A DNA stretch of 64,000 nt from an uncultured Methylophaga sp. (GTDB lineage: Bacteria; Pseudomonadota; Gammaproteobacteria; GCF-002020875). Both the position numbers and the translations under genes were made by a program. Of this stretch, positions 17,233 through 28,537 are shown one piece after another; within the stretch, counting starts at the first letter, position 1; each line of letters opens with the position of its first letter. Where the stretch lies: contig CALEHW010000054.1 in the NCBI GenBank assembly GCA_937877715.1, forward strand, positions 982 through 64,981, written 5' to 3'. Below the pieces are notes generated by a model that worked only from the letters and a program-made list of their open reading frames with translations, was not told the DNA's origin and did no database searches.

Positions 17233-18333
17233 ATGTCACAACAACCAGAACACCTGCAAAAGACAGCACTCAACGAGGCGCACAGGCGTGCTGGTGCCAA
17301 GATGGTCGATTTTTCTGGCTGGGAGATGCCGCTGCACTACGGTTCCCAAGTAGATGAACACCACGCTGTTCGGCAGAAGGCTGGGATGTTTGATGTCTCT
17401 CATATGGTAGTCAGTTATCTTGTTGGCGTAGATTCCACCAGGTATCTCTCAGGTCTGTTGGCCAATGATGTAGCGCGTCTTGAAGATCCTGGTAAGGCCC
17501 TATACTCCTGCATGTTGAATGGACAGGGGGGGGTTATTGATGACCTGATTGTCTACTGGATGGGTGGGGATAGATATCGAATTGTTACCAACGCCGCTAC
17601 CCGCGTCAATGACATGGCGTGGATGCAGCGGCAACTCTCCGGGTTCAGTGCGGTTTTGACAGAAAAACCAGGGGTTGCCATGGTTGCTGTACAGGGGCCG
17701 AATGCAAGGGCAGCGGTTCTGGGTTGGCTGAGTGATGCCTCCAGAGAGATAGTGGAGTCCCTGGACCGTTTTTTTGCCGCAGATGTGGAGGAGGGCTTTA
17801 TTGCCCGTACCGGCTACACTGGTGAGGATGGTTTTGAGGTGATGGTGCCGCAGTATGAGGTGGAGGGGTTCTGGCAGACGATGGTGGATGCAGGGGTAGA
17901 GCCCTGTGGTCTTGGGGCGAGAGATACCCTGCGGCTGGAGGCGGGGATGATGCTCTACGGTGCCGATATGACAGAGGAGACCACTCCATTGGAATCTGGA
18001 CTATCCTGGACCGTTGCACTGGAACCGGAGCAGAGGGAGTTTGTTGGGAGTGAGGCACTGTTTAGGCAGAAGATAGATGGGGTGCCGCGTAAATTGGTAG
18101 GGTTGTTACTGGATGGCAGAGGGGTGATGCGTTCCCATCAGAAACTTTTTGTGGCTGATCGAGAGGTGGGAGAGGTGACAAGCGGCGGCTTCTCGCCAAC
18201 CCTGAAGCGAACCATTGCACTGGCCCGGATTCAGGCAGATGTAGAGGGAGATTGCGAGGTGGAGATCCGGGGAAAACGGACCCCGGTTGCCATTGGAAGG
18301 CCTCTGTTTGTACGTAACGGCAAAGCCGTGTAA
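17233..18333 (+). CDS. gcvT: Glycine cleavage system aminomethyltransferase T
   Basis: I moved the start to [10 protein letters not shown], which has an AGGAG RBS, to lie downstream of the riboswitch. It contains [26 protein letters not shown], which is E. coli-like. Confidence 0.9.
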   Translation: [366 protein letters not shown]

Positions 18334-18370
18334 CTTTTTGGAAAATTGATAGAGTAAGGGGATAGATGAG

Positions 18371-18754
18371 ATGAGTGAGATTCCGCAGGGGTTGAGATAT
18401 AGCAAGAGTCATGAATGGATAGATGATGATGCAGGTACCGTTACCATCGGTATTACTGATCACGCCCAGGAGTTGCTGGGTGACATCGTGTTTGTTGAGC
18501 TGCCTGAGGTGGGGCAACAGCTAGATCTGGATGGTGAATGTGGTGTGGTTGAGTCAGTCAAGGCTGCCTCGGATATCTATGCCCCACTGGCTGGAGAGAT
18601 TGTCGAGGTCAATGAGGCTCTGATGGATTCACCGGAGCAGGTGAATGATGCCCCATACGAGGCTTGGATTTTCAAGATGAGGCTGAAGAATCCGGCTGAT
18701 CTGGATCAGTTGCTGGATGCGGCAGGATATGCCTCACTGGCTGAGGCAGAGTAG
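18371..18754 (+). CDS. gcvH: Glycine cleavage system H protein
   Basis: Lipoyl-lysine motif [13 protein letters not shown], 127 aa. Confidence 0.9.
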   Translation: MSEIPQGLRYSKSHEWIDDDAGTVTIGITDHAQELLGDIVFVELPEVGQQLDLDGECGVVESVKAASDIYAPLAGEIVEVNEALMDSPEQVNDAPYEAWIFKMRLKNPADLDQLLDAAGYASLAEAE

Positions 18755-18776
18755 AGACCATATCAAGGAGCGGTTG

Positions 18777-20165
18777 ATGCCTTTTATTCCTCACACCCAA
18801 GATGAGACCAATGCCATGCTTAAGGCTATTGGTGTCGCCCGAATAGAGGATCTGTTTGCAGAGATCCCACAGGGGCTCCGTGCTGGTAAGGCTGGCCAGG
18901 AGATGGATGGCCAATATCCCGGAATGGGTGAGATGGAGATTGGCCGATTGATGCGTGAGAGGGCTACAGAGGATGACGGGGTGCTCTGTTTCGCGGGTGG
19001 TGGCGCCTACCAACATCACATTCCGGCGGCGGTCTGGGAGCTGACCACGCGCGGGGAGTTTTATACCGCCTACACCCCATATCAGGCAGAGGCGAGCCAG
19101 GGGACGCTACAGCTGCTCTATGAGTACCAGTCGATGATGTCGAGTCTGATGGCAATGGATGTCTCCAATGCCTCACTCTATGATGGGGCATCGGCACTGG
19201 CAGAGGCGATCCTGATGACTGTTCGTGCCAACCGTCGCTCCAAATCAAAACGTATCCTGATCCCCAAAACAGTTAACCCCAACTATCGAAAAGTGGTCCA
19301 TACCCTGGTGCGTCACCAGGGCATTGAGCTGGTAGAGCTGGACTATGATTCTGATAAGGGTGTGGTAGACCCGGCAACACTCAGAGTCGGAGAGGATGAT
19401 GACTACACGGCACTGGTAATTCCTCTTCCCGGTTACTTCGGGACCCTGGAGGATGTACACAGACTGACGGACTGGGCTCATGACCATGGAATGCTGGTCA
19501 TCGGTTGCGTCAACCCGATTGCAGTTGCCCTGTTGAGCCCTCCGGGTGAATGGGGGGAGGAGGGGGCCGATATTGCCTGCGGTGAGGGGCAGCCACTGGG
19601 GATACCGCTCTCCTCTGGAGGCCCCTATTTCGGTTTTCTCTGCTGCCGCAACAAACTGGTAAGACAGCTCCCCGGTCGCCTTATAGGGCAGACCCGTGAT
19701 CTTGAGGATCGTCCTGGCTTTGCACTGACTCTGCAGGCTAGGGAGCAACATATAAGGCGCTCCAAGGCGACGTCAAACATATGTACCAATCAGGGGTTGA
19801 TGGTGACCGCCTCAACAATATTTATGAGTCTGATGGGAACCTCCGGGTTGGAACAGATGGCCACAACCTCGCACCAGAATAGCCACAAGCTTGTTGAGAG
19901 ATTGAGTGCAATCGGTGGCGTGGAGCATCACTTCTCATCACCATTTTTCCATGAGTCGGTTATTACATTGCCAAAACCAGTGGATGAGGTTCTTGCTGCA
20001 CTGGTTTGGCAGGATGTTGTTGGTGGTATATCGCTGCAGCAGAGCTTCCCGGAGCTGGGAAATGCCATGCTGGTATGTGCAACAGAGCTACGCAGTGAGG
20101 CAGAGATAGAGCGTTTTGCAACAGCGCTGGAGAGCGTGCTTGCAGATGGTGAGGAGGTTATCTGA
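18777..20165 (+). CDS. gcvPA: Glycine dehydrogenase (decarboxylating) subunit 1
   Basis: A split P protein. The start is at [10 protein letters not shown], preceded by an AAGGAG RBS. Confidence 0.85.
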   Translation: MPFIPHTQDETNAMLKAIGVARIEDLFAEIPQGLRAGKAGQEMDGQYPGMGEMEIGRLMRERATEDDGVLCFAGGGAYQHHIPAAVWELTTRGEFYTAYTPYQAEASQGTLQLLYEYQSMMSSLMAMDVSNASLYDGASALAEAILMTVRANRRSKSKRILIPKTVNPNYRKVVHTLVRHQGIELVELDYDSDKGVVDPATLRVGEDDDYTALVIPLPGYFGTLEDVHRLTDWAHDHGMLVIGCVNPIAVALLSPPGEWGEEGADIACGEGQPLGIPLSSGGPYFGFLCCRNKLVRQLPGRLIGQTRDLEDRPGFALTLQAREQHIRRSKATSNICTNQGLMVTASTIFMSLMGTSGLEQMATTSHQNSHKLVERLSAIGGVEHHFSSPFFHESVITLPKPVDEVLAALVWQDVVGGISLQQSFPELGNAMLVCATELRSEAEIERFATALESVLADGEEVI

Positions 20166-21643
20166 TGTTGATTTTTGAGCGCTCGGAAGAGGGACGTCGC
20201 AATAGTGCACAGAGGGTTATCTCTGGTGGTCAGCAGGGTCAAGATGAGAGGCCGCTGACGGGAATTCCGGAGACCATGAAGAGAGCAACTGCGGCAAGAC
20301 TTCCAGAGCTATCCGAGCTGCAGACTGTGCGTCACTACACCAGGCTCTCCCAGAAGAACTTCTCGATCGATACACACTTCTACCCTCTGGGTTCGTGCAC
20401 CATGAAGTACAATCCGCGTGGTGCCAATACACTTGCGATGCAGACCGGTTTCCTCAATCGTCACCCGGCCGGTGATGCTGCATTGGGGCAGGGGGTGATG
20501 GCCTGCCTCTACGATCTGCAGGAGATTTTGCGAGAGGTTACCGGGATGGAGGCGACCTCGCTGACCCCTGCCGCCGGCGCCCAGGGGGAGTTTGCCGGGG
20601 TTGCAATGATTCGAGCCTACCACGATGCACGGGGGGACAGTGAACGTAGTGAGATTCTGGTTCCCGATGCCGCTCATGGAACCAACCCTGCCTCGGCCGT
20701 AATGTGCGGCTACAAGGTCAGGGAGATTCCGACAGATAAGTCGGGTGATGTAGATGTGGATGCGCTGAGGTCGATTGTTGGCCCCCAGACAGCAGGAATC
20801 ATGCTCACAAATCCGTCTACTCTAGGGGTATTTGAGCGGAGGATTGAGGAGATTGCAGAGATCATGCACCAGGCGGGTGGTCTACTCTATTATGATGGTG
20901 CCAACCTTAACGCAATTCTTGGCAAGACCCGCCCTGGCGACATGGGGTTTGATGTTATTCATATAAATGTTCATAAGACATTCTCGACCCCGCATGGCGG
21001 TGGTGGACCGGGTGCCGGTCCGGTGGTTGCTAACAAGCGGCTGGCCCCATACCTGCCGATCCCCATGGTTGGCAAGTCTGCAGAAGATGGTTGTGAGTAC
21101 TACTGGGTTGAGGAGCAGGAGCGACCAGAGAGTATTGGACGTCTCTCCGCGTGGAGTGGAAATATAGGGGTGCTGCTGCGAGCCTATGTCTACGCAAAGA
21201 TGTTGGGGAGTGTTGGGATGGAGCGGGTGGCCGACTACTCGGTACTCAATGCCAGCTATCTGATGAGGCGGCTGGAGCAAGCCGGCTTTACCCTGGCAAT
21301 TCCAGGGCGACGCGCCACCCACGAGTTTATCGTGACCCTGAAAAAAGAGTCGAAGGATCTCGGAATCTCTGCAATGGACTTTGCCAAGCGCCTGCTGGAC
21401 TATGGTCACCATGCACCAACAACATATTTCCCACTGCTGGTACCGGAGTGTCTATTGATCGAGCCCACCGAGACAGAGGATAGGGAGACCATGGACGCCT
21501 TTGTGGAGGCGATGGTGACAATACTTCGGGAGGCAAAGGAATCCCCTGAGAAGGTCAAGGGTGCCCCATGGACTCTGCCGGTAAGACGTCTGGATGATGT
21601 GCGTGCAGCCAGGGAGCTGGATCTGAACTGGTATAACAGGTAA
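20165..21643 (+). CDS. gcvPB: Glycine dehydrogenase (decarboxylating) subunit 2
   Basis: Begins [12 protein letters not shown], contains a PLP-lysine region ([18 protein letters not shown]), and overlaps the gcvPA stop. Confidence 0.85.
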   Translation: MLIFERSEEGRRNSAQRVISGGQQGQDERPLTGIPETMKRATAARLPELSELQTVRHYTRLSQKNFSIDTHFYPLGSCTMKYNPRGANTLAMQTGFLNRHPAGDAALGQGVMACLYDLQEILREVTGMEATSLTPAAGAQGEFAGVAMIRAYHDARGDSERSEILVPDAAHGTNPASAVMCGYKVREIPTDKSGDVDVDALRSIVGPQTAGIMLTNPSTLGVFERRIEEIAEIMHQAGGLLYYDGANLNAILGKTRPGDMGFDVIHINVHKTFSTPHGGGGPGAGPVVANKRLAPYLPIPMVGKSAEDGCEYYWVEEQERPESIGRLSAWSGNIGVLLRAYVYAKMLGSVGMERVADYSVLNASYLMRRLEQAGFTLAIPGRRATHEFIVTLKKESKDLGISAMDFAKRLLDYGHHAPTTYFPLLVPECLLIEPTETEDRETMDAFVEAMVTILREAKESPEKVKGAPWTLPVRRLDDVRAARELDLNWYNR

Positions 21644-21660
21644 CAAGGAGATTTAACAAG

Positions 21661-22593
21661 ATGACAGCGTTGATTTGTGGCTCATATGCCTTTGATCAGA
21701 TTATGGTTTTTCCGGACCGTTTCAAGAACCACATCCTCCCGGAGAAGGTTCACATGTTGAATGTCTCCTTTCTGGTGCCGGAGATGCGGCGGGAATTTGG
21801 AGGGACAGCAGGAAACATTGCCTATAACCTGAATTTATTGGGCGGGGATGGTCTGCCGATGGCAACTATCGGAACCGACTTTACCCCATATCGAGAGTGG
21901 ATGGAGCGGTGTGGTGTTACAACCACCCATCTCCATGAGGTTGAGGAGAGTTACACTGCTCAGGCATTTATAACCACCGATATGGATGATAACCAGATCA
22001 CCGCATTCCATCCTGGCGCAATGAACTCATCTCACCTTAATAATGTGGCTGATGCGACGGGGATCTCGCTGGGTATCGTCTCTCCAGATGGACGGGAGGG
22101 GATGATAGAGCATGCTACCCAGTTTGCCGAGGCAGACATTCCGTTTGTCTTTGATCCCGGCCAGGGGTTACCGATGTTCGGCAAGGAGGACCTGTTGCAA
22201 TTTATTGATCAGGCGACCTGGATTGCAGTCAATGATTATGAGTCTGCCCTGATGCAGGAGCGGACTGGTCTCGGTGTTGCTGAGATTGCCGAGGGGGTGG
22301 ATGCAATGGTTGTTACCCTTGGAGGCAAGGGGTCAGTGATCTATACAGGGGGGCATCGCATAGATATTCCTGCTGTCCCCATGGAGCATGCGGTGGATCC
22401 AACCGGCTGTGGGGATGCCTTCCGCGCAGGACTGCTGTTTGGTCTGATGAATCAGATGGGGTGGAGAACTACGGGGCAGATCGCTTCTCTGATGGGTGCA
22501 ATCAAGATTGGTACCCACGGCACCCAGAACCACCATTTCACCACGGATCAGTTCAAGGAGCACTACCATGCTGCATTTGGTGAGGACTTTTAG
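21661..22593 (+). CDS. PfkB-family carbohydrate kinase, adenosine-kinase-like
   Basis: Ribokinase-superfamily motifs (GGTAGNIAYNL, DPTGCGDAFRAGLLFG). Its overall layout resembles actinobacterial adenosine kinase, by my recollection. Confidence 0.6.
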   Translation: MTALICGSYAFDQIMVFPDRFKNHILPEKVHMLNVSFLVPEMRREFGGTAGNIAYNLNLLGGDGLPMATIGTDFTPYREWMERCGVTTTHLHEVEESYTAQAFITTDMDDNQITAFHPGAMNSSHLNNVADATGISLGIVSPDGREGMIEHATQFAEADIPFVFDPGQGLPMFGKEDLLQFIDQATWIAVNDYESALMQERTGLGVAEIAEGVDAMVVTLGGKGSVIYTGGHRIDIPAVPMEHAVDPTGCGDAFRAGLLFGLMNQMGWRTTGQIASLMGAIKIGTHGTQNHHFTTDQFKEHYHAAFGEDF

Positions 22594-22709
22594 GGTGTAG
22601 AGAGTGATGTCACTAGACGATGGTCTAATTGGAGTATTGAGTCTCTTTATGGTATAAAATACTTTTATCAGGAGCCCCCTGAACGACAGGGAGCCGTAGA
22701 GAAAATATT

Positions 22710-23612
22710 ATGGCAGACCGTAGATTACAAGTTTTCCACACAGTTGCTCGCATGCTCAGTTTTACCAAGGCTGCAGAGTCACTTCACATGACCCAGCCGG
22801 CAGTCACCTTTCAGGTGCGGCAGTTGGAGGACTATTTCAATACCCGTCTGTTTGACCGAACTCATAACCGCATTACCCTGACCGAGGCAGGTGATCGGGT
22901 ATTTGAGTATGCTGAGCGGATTCTTGCCCTCTATAGTGAGATGGATAATGCGGTTCGTGAGATGACCGGAGAGGTCAGCGGGGTGTTGATCGTCGGTGCA
23001 AGTACCACCATTGCCGAGTATATGGTTCCCAATATGTTGGGTAAATTCCATGAAAGACACCCATCAGTAACAGTTCGTCTCAAGGTTGGAAATACCGATA
23101 GTGTAGTCTCCATGGTTGAGAACAACGTGATCGATCTGGGGATTGTGGAGGCACCAGTCTCCAACAAGAAGCTGCAGCTGGATCTCTGTCGGGAGGACGA
23201 GTTGGTGCTTATCATGCCTCCAGACCATCAACTGGCGGAACATGAGACTATCAAGATTGACCAGATCAAGGAGTATCCATATATCTGGCGTGAGGAGGGT
23301 TCGGGGACCAGAGAGGTGGTTCATGACTACCTGACTGAGGCTGGGATCAACCCGGCAGATCTGAATGTCATTATGGAGCTGGGTAGTCCGGAGGCGATCA
23401 AGGGGGCTGTGGAGTCAGGAATAGGTATTACCATCATCTCCATGGCTTCCATCCAGAAGGAGCTACAGCTAGGCACCATCAAGATGGCTCGCCTGGATCC
23501 TCATATGGTGCGCCCATTCTCTTTCGTCCACCAGAAACAGAAGTTTCGTCTGCGTGCCATGGATGAGTTGCTGGAGTTTGCCAAGGATTATTGTGAGGCC
23601 TACAAGACCTAA
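22710..23612 (+). CDS. LysR-family transcriptional regulator
   Basis: N-terminal HTH LSFTKAAESLHMTQPAVTFQVRQLE followed by a LysR substrate-binding domain. Confidence 0.8.
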   Translation: MADRRLQVFHTVARMLSFTKAAESLHMTQPAVTFQVRQLEDYFNTRLFDRTHNRITLTEAGDRVFEYAERILALYSEMDNAVREMTGEVSGVLIVGASTTIAEYMVPNMLGKFHERHPSVTVRLKVGNTDSVVSMVENNVIDLGIVEAPVSNKKLQLDLCREDELVLIMPPDHQLAEHETIKIDQIKEYPYIWREEGSGTREVVHDYLTEAGINPADLNVIMELGSPEAIKGAVESGIGITIISMASIQKELQLGTIKMARLDPHMVRPFSFVHQKQKFRLRAMDELLEFAKDYCEAYKT

Positions 23613-23621
23613 CTCAGGATT

Positions 23622-23978
23622 ATGGATGAATTGAACCAGTTACAGAATATATTTTCTGCACTGGACAGGGATGATCGCCATTCGCTGCTGCGTTATGCAC
23701 AGTTTCTTCAGATTGAGGGGGAGTCGGATAGTCCAACAGAGCCCCCGATAGAGGAGCCGCTGGATCTGCCTCGACCGGAGGAGGAGCATGTGGTGGTGGC
23801 AATCAAACGACTTGCAAAGAGCTATCCGATGTTGAACCATGACCGTCTGTTGAGACAGAGTGCGGATCTTGTGGGTGCGCATCTGGTGAGCGGGAGGCCG
23901 GCAACAGAGGTTATCGACGAGTTGGAGGAGATCTTTCAGGTGCATTACGAGAAATACCGGGCGGAGCGTTACGGATGA
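23622..23978 (+). CDS. Hypothetical acidic protein (118 aa)
   Basis: An ORF with no recognisable motif. Its stop overlaps the perM-like start. Confidence 0.35.
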   Translation: MDELNQLQNIFSALDRDDRHSLLRYAQFLQIEGESDSPTEPPIEEPLDLPRPEEEHVVVAIKRLAKSYPMLNHDRLLRQSADLVGAHLVSGRPATEVIDELEEIFQVHYEKYRAERYG

Positions 23979-25051
23979 AGAATATCCTCGCACACTGGTT
24001 TAAGCGGCAGTTTGACAACAGCCAGCTGGTCATCCTGTTGATTCTATTGGCAGTTCTGTTTGCCGTGGTGCTACTGTTTGGGCAGATTCTGGGACCGGTT
24101 CTGGTGGCCATAGTTCTGGCCTATCTGATGGATACCCCGATTGAGCAGATCAAACGGAGGGGGGTTGGACACAACCTCTCTATCTGGCTGGTCTATCTGA
24201 TCTTTCTGGCCTTTCTGTCCTTTCTGATAGTGGTTCTGTTGCCGCTTCTATCGAGTCAGATTACCCAATTTCTCTCTGCAGTACCGGTAATGGTGCAGAG
24301 TGGAAAAGAGATCATGGCGCAGCTTCCAGAGAGCTACCCAGCCCTGGTAAGTGCGCAACAGTTAAACGAGATTACCAATGCAGCTAGTCGCTCAATGACC
24401 GAGTTTGCGCAACAGGCTCTTGCAAAAACCCTGGGTTATATCCCCGGTATTATCACCGTCTTGATTTATCTGGTACTGGTTCCACTGCTGATATTCTTCA
24501 TGCTCAAGGACAAGAGGGAGCTCTTTTCCTGGTTTACCAGCTTTCTCCCTAGTAATCGCTCACTGGCTGAACAGGTCTGGAGCGAGGTGGACTTGCAGAT
24601 TGGCAACTATATTCGTGGTAAATTCTGGGAGATGTTTATCGTCGGCAGTGTGACTTATATTGCCTTTGTGCTGTTCGATCTGCAGTATGCAGTACTGCTT
24701 GGGGCTCTGGTCGGGCTTTCTGTACTGGTGCCATATGTGGGGGCGACCGTGGTTACGGTACCGGTGGCTGCTGTTGCCTTCTACCAGTTTGGCTGGGGTA
24801 GTGAATTTGGAACGGTAATGCTGGTCTATGGGGTGATCCAGGCGCTGGATGGAAATGTCCTGGTGCCGCTACTATTCTCGGAGGCGGTGAATCTGCATCC
24901 GGTTGCGATTATCGTTGCGGTGCTCTTCTTTGGTGGGGTCTGGGGTTTCTGGGGCGTGTTCTTTGCGATCCCGCTGGCAACCCTAGTAAAGGCAGTGATA
25001 TCAGCCTGGCCAAAACTGGAGCAGTCTCCAGAGACAAGTCTGATTACTTGA
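23975..25051 (+). CDS. AI-2E family transporter (PerM/YdiK-like)
   Basis: An 8-TM hydrophobic protein with a C-terminal FAIPLA motif. Confidence 0.7.
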   Translation: MKNILAHWFKRQFDNSQLVILLILLAVLFAVVLLFGQILGPVLVAIVLAYLMDTPIEQIKRRGVGHNLSIWLVYLIFLAFLSFLIVVLLPLLSSQITQFLSAVPVMVQSGKEIMAQLPESYPALVSAQQLNEITNAASRSMTEFAQQALAKTLGYIPGIITVLIYLVLVPLLIFFMLKDKRELFSWFTSFLPSNRSLAEQVWSEVDLQIGNYIRGKFWEMFIVGSVTYIAFVLFDLQYAVLLGALVGLSVLVPYVGATVVTVPVAAVAFYQFGWGSEFGTVMLVYGVIQALDGNVLVPLLFSEAVNLHPVAIIVAVLFFGGVWGFWGVFFAIPLATLVKAVISAWPKLEQSPETSLIT

Positions 25052-25598
25052 TTGGCTCCAGCAGTCCATCCAGGCTCTGCTCATCACAGAAATCGAGAAA
25101 GTTCTCCCGTAGTTGGGTAATGGACTCCTGTCGGGGTACCCCAAGCACCATATTCAACACGAACATCTGGGTGCCGGTGTGAGGTGCGTGGTGGCTGCTA
25201 GTATTCATCTCCTCTACGTTGATCTGGCGTGAGGAGAAAAAGTCGGCTACCTTGTAGACAATACCGGGATGGTCAATGGAGATAACCTCAACGTGGTATG
25301 GGAGGTGGTCCTGCTTGATGGGTCGGTCTGAGGTTCTTTTGGTGAGAATGGTGAGATCTAGCCTCTCCTGAAATTTTGGCAGGGTGGTCTCGAGGCGGGC
25401 AATGGTGTCCCACTTTCCGGAAACTAGCAGAAGGATGGCAAATTCACCACCCAGCACGGTCATTCTACTATCGACAACATTACCCTTCTGTTCCAGTACG
25501 ATCTTTGATAACTCATTGATAATGCCAGGGCGATCCCTGCCAATTGCAGTTATGACCAAGTTGTCAGTGGATGAATTGGTAGGTGAATTTTTTTCCAT
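25044..25598 (-). CDS. gcvR: Glycine cleavage system transcriptional repressor (two ACT domains)
   Basis: LVITAIGRDRPGIINELS, collinear with E. coli GcvR. It is divergent from dapA, as in E. coli. Confidence 0.75.
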   Translation of the reverse strand: MEKNSPTNSSTDNLVITAIGRDRPGIINELSKIVLEQKGNVVDSRMTVLGGEFAILLLVSGKWDTIARLETTLPKFQERLDLTILTKRTSDRPIKQDHLPYHVEVISIDHPGIVYKVADFFSSRQINVEEMNTSSHHAPHTGTQMFVLNMVLGVPRQESITQLRENFLDFCDEQSLDGLLEPIK

Positions 25599-25713
25599 TG
25601 CAAAATAACCCTTGAATCAGAGGTTGTTCTCCAAGTATATCTTGTCACTCCCCCTTTGCAGAAGTAACATTTACGGTTTATGGGCAAAACATATTACTGA
25701 AGAGAGAATTGCC

Positions 25714-26592
25714 ATGTTTCAAGGAAGTATGGTGGCCCTGGTCACACCGATGTACCCTGATGGTAGATTGGACTGGGAGTCGCTGGACCGGCTGGTTGAG
25801 TTTCATATAGAGAGTGGTACTGATGCTATTGTTGCAATGGGTACAACCGGTGAGTCGGCTACGCTGAATGAGAAAGAGCATTGTGAGGTTGTTCAGCGGG
25901 TAATTAAGCGAGCTGATGGACGGATTCCGGTGATTGCAGGAACTGGAGCCAACTCGACACAGGAGGCAATTGATCTGACCCGCTGTGCTAGGGAGCAGGG
26001 AGCGGATGCAGCACTGCTGGTTACCCCCTACTACAACAAGCCCACCCAGGAGGGACTCTATCTCCACTACAAGGCGGTTGCAGAGGCGGTTGATATCCAG
26101 CAGATTCTCTACAATGTACCTGGGCGTACAGCGTGTGACATGCTTCCGGAGACAATTGGCAGGCTCTCAAAGATTACAAATATCATCGGGGTCAAGGAGG
26201 CGACCGGTGATCTTGGGAGAATTGAGCCAATTCGTCAACAGAGCGAGGATGATTTCGAGATCTACAGCGGGGATGATTCCACCTGTACCGACTTTATTCT
26301 GCAGGGGGGGCATGGCACCATCTCGGTAACTGCAAATATAGCACCACGACAGATGCACGAGATGTGCCTGGCTGCGATGGCTGGAGATGGTGAAAGGGCA
26401 CACGCCCTGAATGAGTCGCTGAAGCCGCTTCACCGTGACCTCTTTCTCGAGTCCAACCCGATTCCCGTAAAGTGGGGACTATTTGAGATGGGGATGATTG
26501 CAGAGGGAATTCGTCTGCCACTGACTTCTTTATCCGAAAAATATCGATCAGTTATAAGGGAGGCAATCGCCTCTGCCAAGGAGAATAGATGA
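25714..26592 (+). CDS. dapA: 4-hydroxy-tetrahydrodipicolinate synthase
   Basis: I trimmed the start to MFQGSMVALVTPM. DapA motifs are present, including GTTGESATL and the active-site region. Confidence 0.9.
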   Translation: MFQGSMVALVTPMYPDGRLDWESLDRLVEFHIESGTDAIVAMGTTGESATLNEKEHCEVVQRVIKRADGRIPVIAGTGANSTQEAIDLTRCAREQGADAALLVTPYYNKPTQEGLYLHYKAVAEAVDIQQILYNVPGRTACDMLPETIGRLSKITNIIGVKEATGDLGRIEPIRQQSEDDFEIYSGDDSTCTDFILQGGHGTISVTANIAPRQMHEMCLAAMAGDGERAHALNESLKPLHRDLFLESNPIPVKWGLFEMGMIAEGIRLPLTSLSEKYRSVIREAIASAKENR

Positions 26593-27731
26593 AGCTGAAT
26601 AACAAACCCCTGCTTTCCTGGTTGTGGATCCTTTTGGGTGTACTCTCACTGACTGCATGTAGTACGGTTGATAAGACAGTAGAGCAATATAAAGCGTACA
26701 AGAAGGAGCTAAGTTATGAGAGCAGTGTGGAGACCAAGCCTCTTGATGTCCCGCCTGATCTTACCAGCTCAATTATTCAGGACCTGTACCGGGTGCCTGG
26801 GGGTGTTGCATCACTAAAAAATTATGAGACAGATAGTGGTGCAGGGGGAGTTATTGCCTCTGCCAACGATGTTCTACCAAAACAGGAAGAGATAAGGGTG
26901 GTCGGTGACGGTCATCAGCGTTGGTTGGTGATCCAGGCAACTCCGGAACAGTTGTGGTCCAAGTTGCGTGAGTTCTGGTTAAAGAATGGCTTCCTGATTG
27001 AGCGTGAGGATCCGCGAGTGGGCATTATGGAGACTGACTGGGCAGAGAACCGTGCAGAGATTGCAGAGGGGCCAATTCGTGGGCTCCTCAGCAAGGCGCT
27101 GGATGCTATCTACTCCACCGGCACCAGGGATAAATTCAGAATTCGTCTGGAGCGCGGTGACCAGGATGGGGTTACCGAACTCTTCCTGAGCCACCGGCGC
27201 ATGGAGGAGGTGGCCTCTGGAGAGAGCTTTGTGTGGCAGCCTCACCCGGCAATGCCTGAGCTGGAGGCCGAGTTACTCATCCGCATAATGTCATTCCTCG
27301 GGATGGAGGCGGCACGAGCCAACACCGCACTCGCCGGTCTGGAGGGTAGGGGGGTCGTTGAGCGTGCCAGGATTGTGGATACTGCAGATGGGGAAAAGTT
27401 TGTCCTGGTCAAGGAAGGCTTCCCTCGCACCTGGCGTCGTACTGGTCACGCCCTGGATCGAGTTGGATTTACTGTTGAGGACCGAAACCGCTCCAAGGGG
27501 CTCTACTATGTCCGTTATATTGACCCCTTTAAGGATAATGAGCAGGAGGGTATCCTCGACAAGCTGAAATTCTGGGATGGTGATGATCAGCCGGTTGAGG
27601 GTGAATATCGGATCCATATTGAATCTCGCAATGATATCAGTCGAATAGTGGTGTTGAATGGAGATGGGCAGCCGGATAATTCTGCGACAGCGCGACGCAT
27701 TCTCGCTCTGCTGCATGAACAGCTAAAGTAA
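26589..27731 (+). CDS. bamC: Outer membrane protein assembly factor BamC (NlpB) lipoprotein
   Basis: Lipobox LTAC after a signal peptide. It lies downstream of dapA, the conserved dapA-bamC pairing. Confidence 0.8.
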   Translation: MKLNNKPLLSWLWILLGVLSLTACSTVDKTVEQYKAYKKELSYESSVETKPLDVPPDLTSSIIQDLYRVPGGVASLKNYETDSGAGGVIASANDVLPKQEEIRVVGDGHQRWLVIQATPEQLWSKLREFWLKNGFLIEREDPRVGIMETDWAENRAEIAEGPIRGLLSKALDAIYSTGTRDKFRIRLERGDQDGVTELFLSHRRMEEVASGESFVWQPHPAMPELEAELLIRIMSFLGMEAARANTALAGLEGRGVVERARIVDTADGEKFVLVKEGFPRTWRRTGHALDRVGFTVEDRNRSKGLYYVRYIDPFKDNEQEGILDKLKFWDGDDQPVEGEYRIHIESRNDISRIVVLNGDGQPDNSATARRILALLHEQLK

Positions 27732-27736
27732 CTGAG

Positions 27737-28519
27737 ATGGTAACAACCCGGTTGAGGTTTGCCTCGTTGGGCAGTGGCAGTAGGGGCAATGGCACCCTGT
27801 TTGAAATGGGAGGGACCACTATCCTTGTTGATTGTGGCTTCTCATTGAGACAGACAGAGGCTAGATTGCAGCGGTTGGGTAAATCTCTGCAGGATATTGA
27901 TGCAATTGTGGTGACCCATGAGCATGGTGACCATCTTGGTGGGGTACGCCGCGCTGCCAGCAAGGGCGGGATTCCGGTCTGGATGACTGCAGGGACTGCC
28001 AGTGAGGCAGAGCGTAGGCATGGACTGTTTGACTCCGTTCGCATTATCGGTGGGCATGAGCGCTTCTCCATAGATGGGATTGAGATCAACCCATTCCATG
28101 TTTTACACGATGCCAGTGAACCGGTTCAGTTTACCTTCAGTAATGGGGGGTGCACGGTTGGCCTGTTGACTGATCTGGGTGAGGTTACCCCCCATATTGA
28201 GCGTCAGCTTGGGGGGTGTGATGCTCTGCTGCTGGAGTGCAATCATGATCCAGAGCTGTTGGCCGCTGGCTCCTACCCCATCTTTCTGCAGAAGAGGGTG
28301 GCAGGTCGCTTGGGACATCTGAGCAACCGGCAGGCAGCAGTACTGCTGAAAAAGATTGATACCTCAAGGTTGCAACATCTGGCTGTGATGCATATGAGTG
28401 AGAAGAATAATCGTGAAGAGCTGGCGGCAAGCTCTATTTGTGGTGCTCTGGGATGTGAACGGGAGTGGATATCGATTGCAACCCAGCAGGATGGGCTGGG
28501 CTGGAGAGAGATTGTCTGA
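27737..28519 (+). CDS. MBL-fold metallo-hydrolase
   Basis: Contains the HxHxDH motif (VVTHEHGDHLGG). Confidence 0.75.
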   Translation: MVTTRLRFASLGSGSRGNGTLFEMGGTTILVDCGFSLRQTEARLQRLGKSLQDIDAIVVTHEHGDHLGGVRRAASKGGIPVWMTAGTASEAERRHGLFDSVRIIGGHERFSIDGIEINPFHVLHDASEPVQFTFSNGGCTVGLLTDLGEVTPHIERQLGGCDALLLECNHDPELLAAGSYPIFLQKRVAGRLGHLSNRQAAVLLKKIDTSRLQHLAVMHMSEKNNREELAASSICGALGCEREWISIATQQDGLGWREIV

Positions 28520-28537
28520 TGATAACGGGAATTCGAT

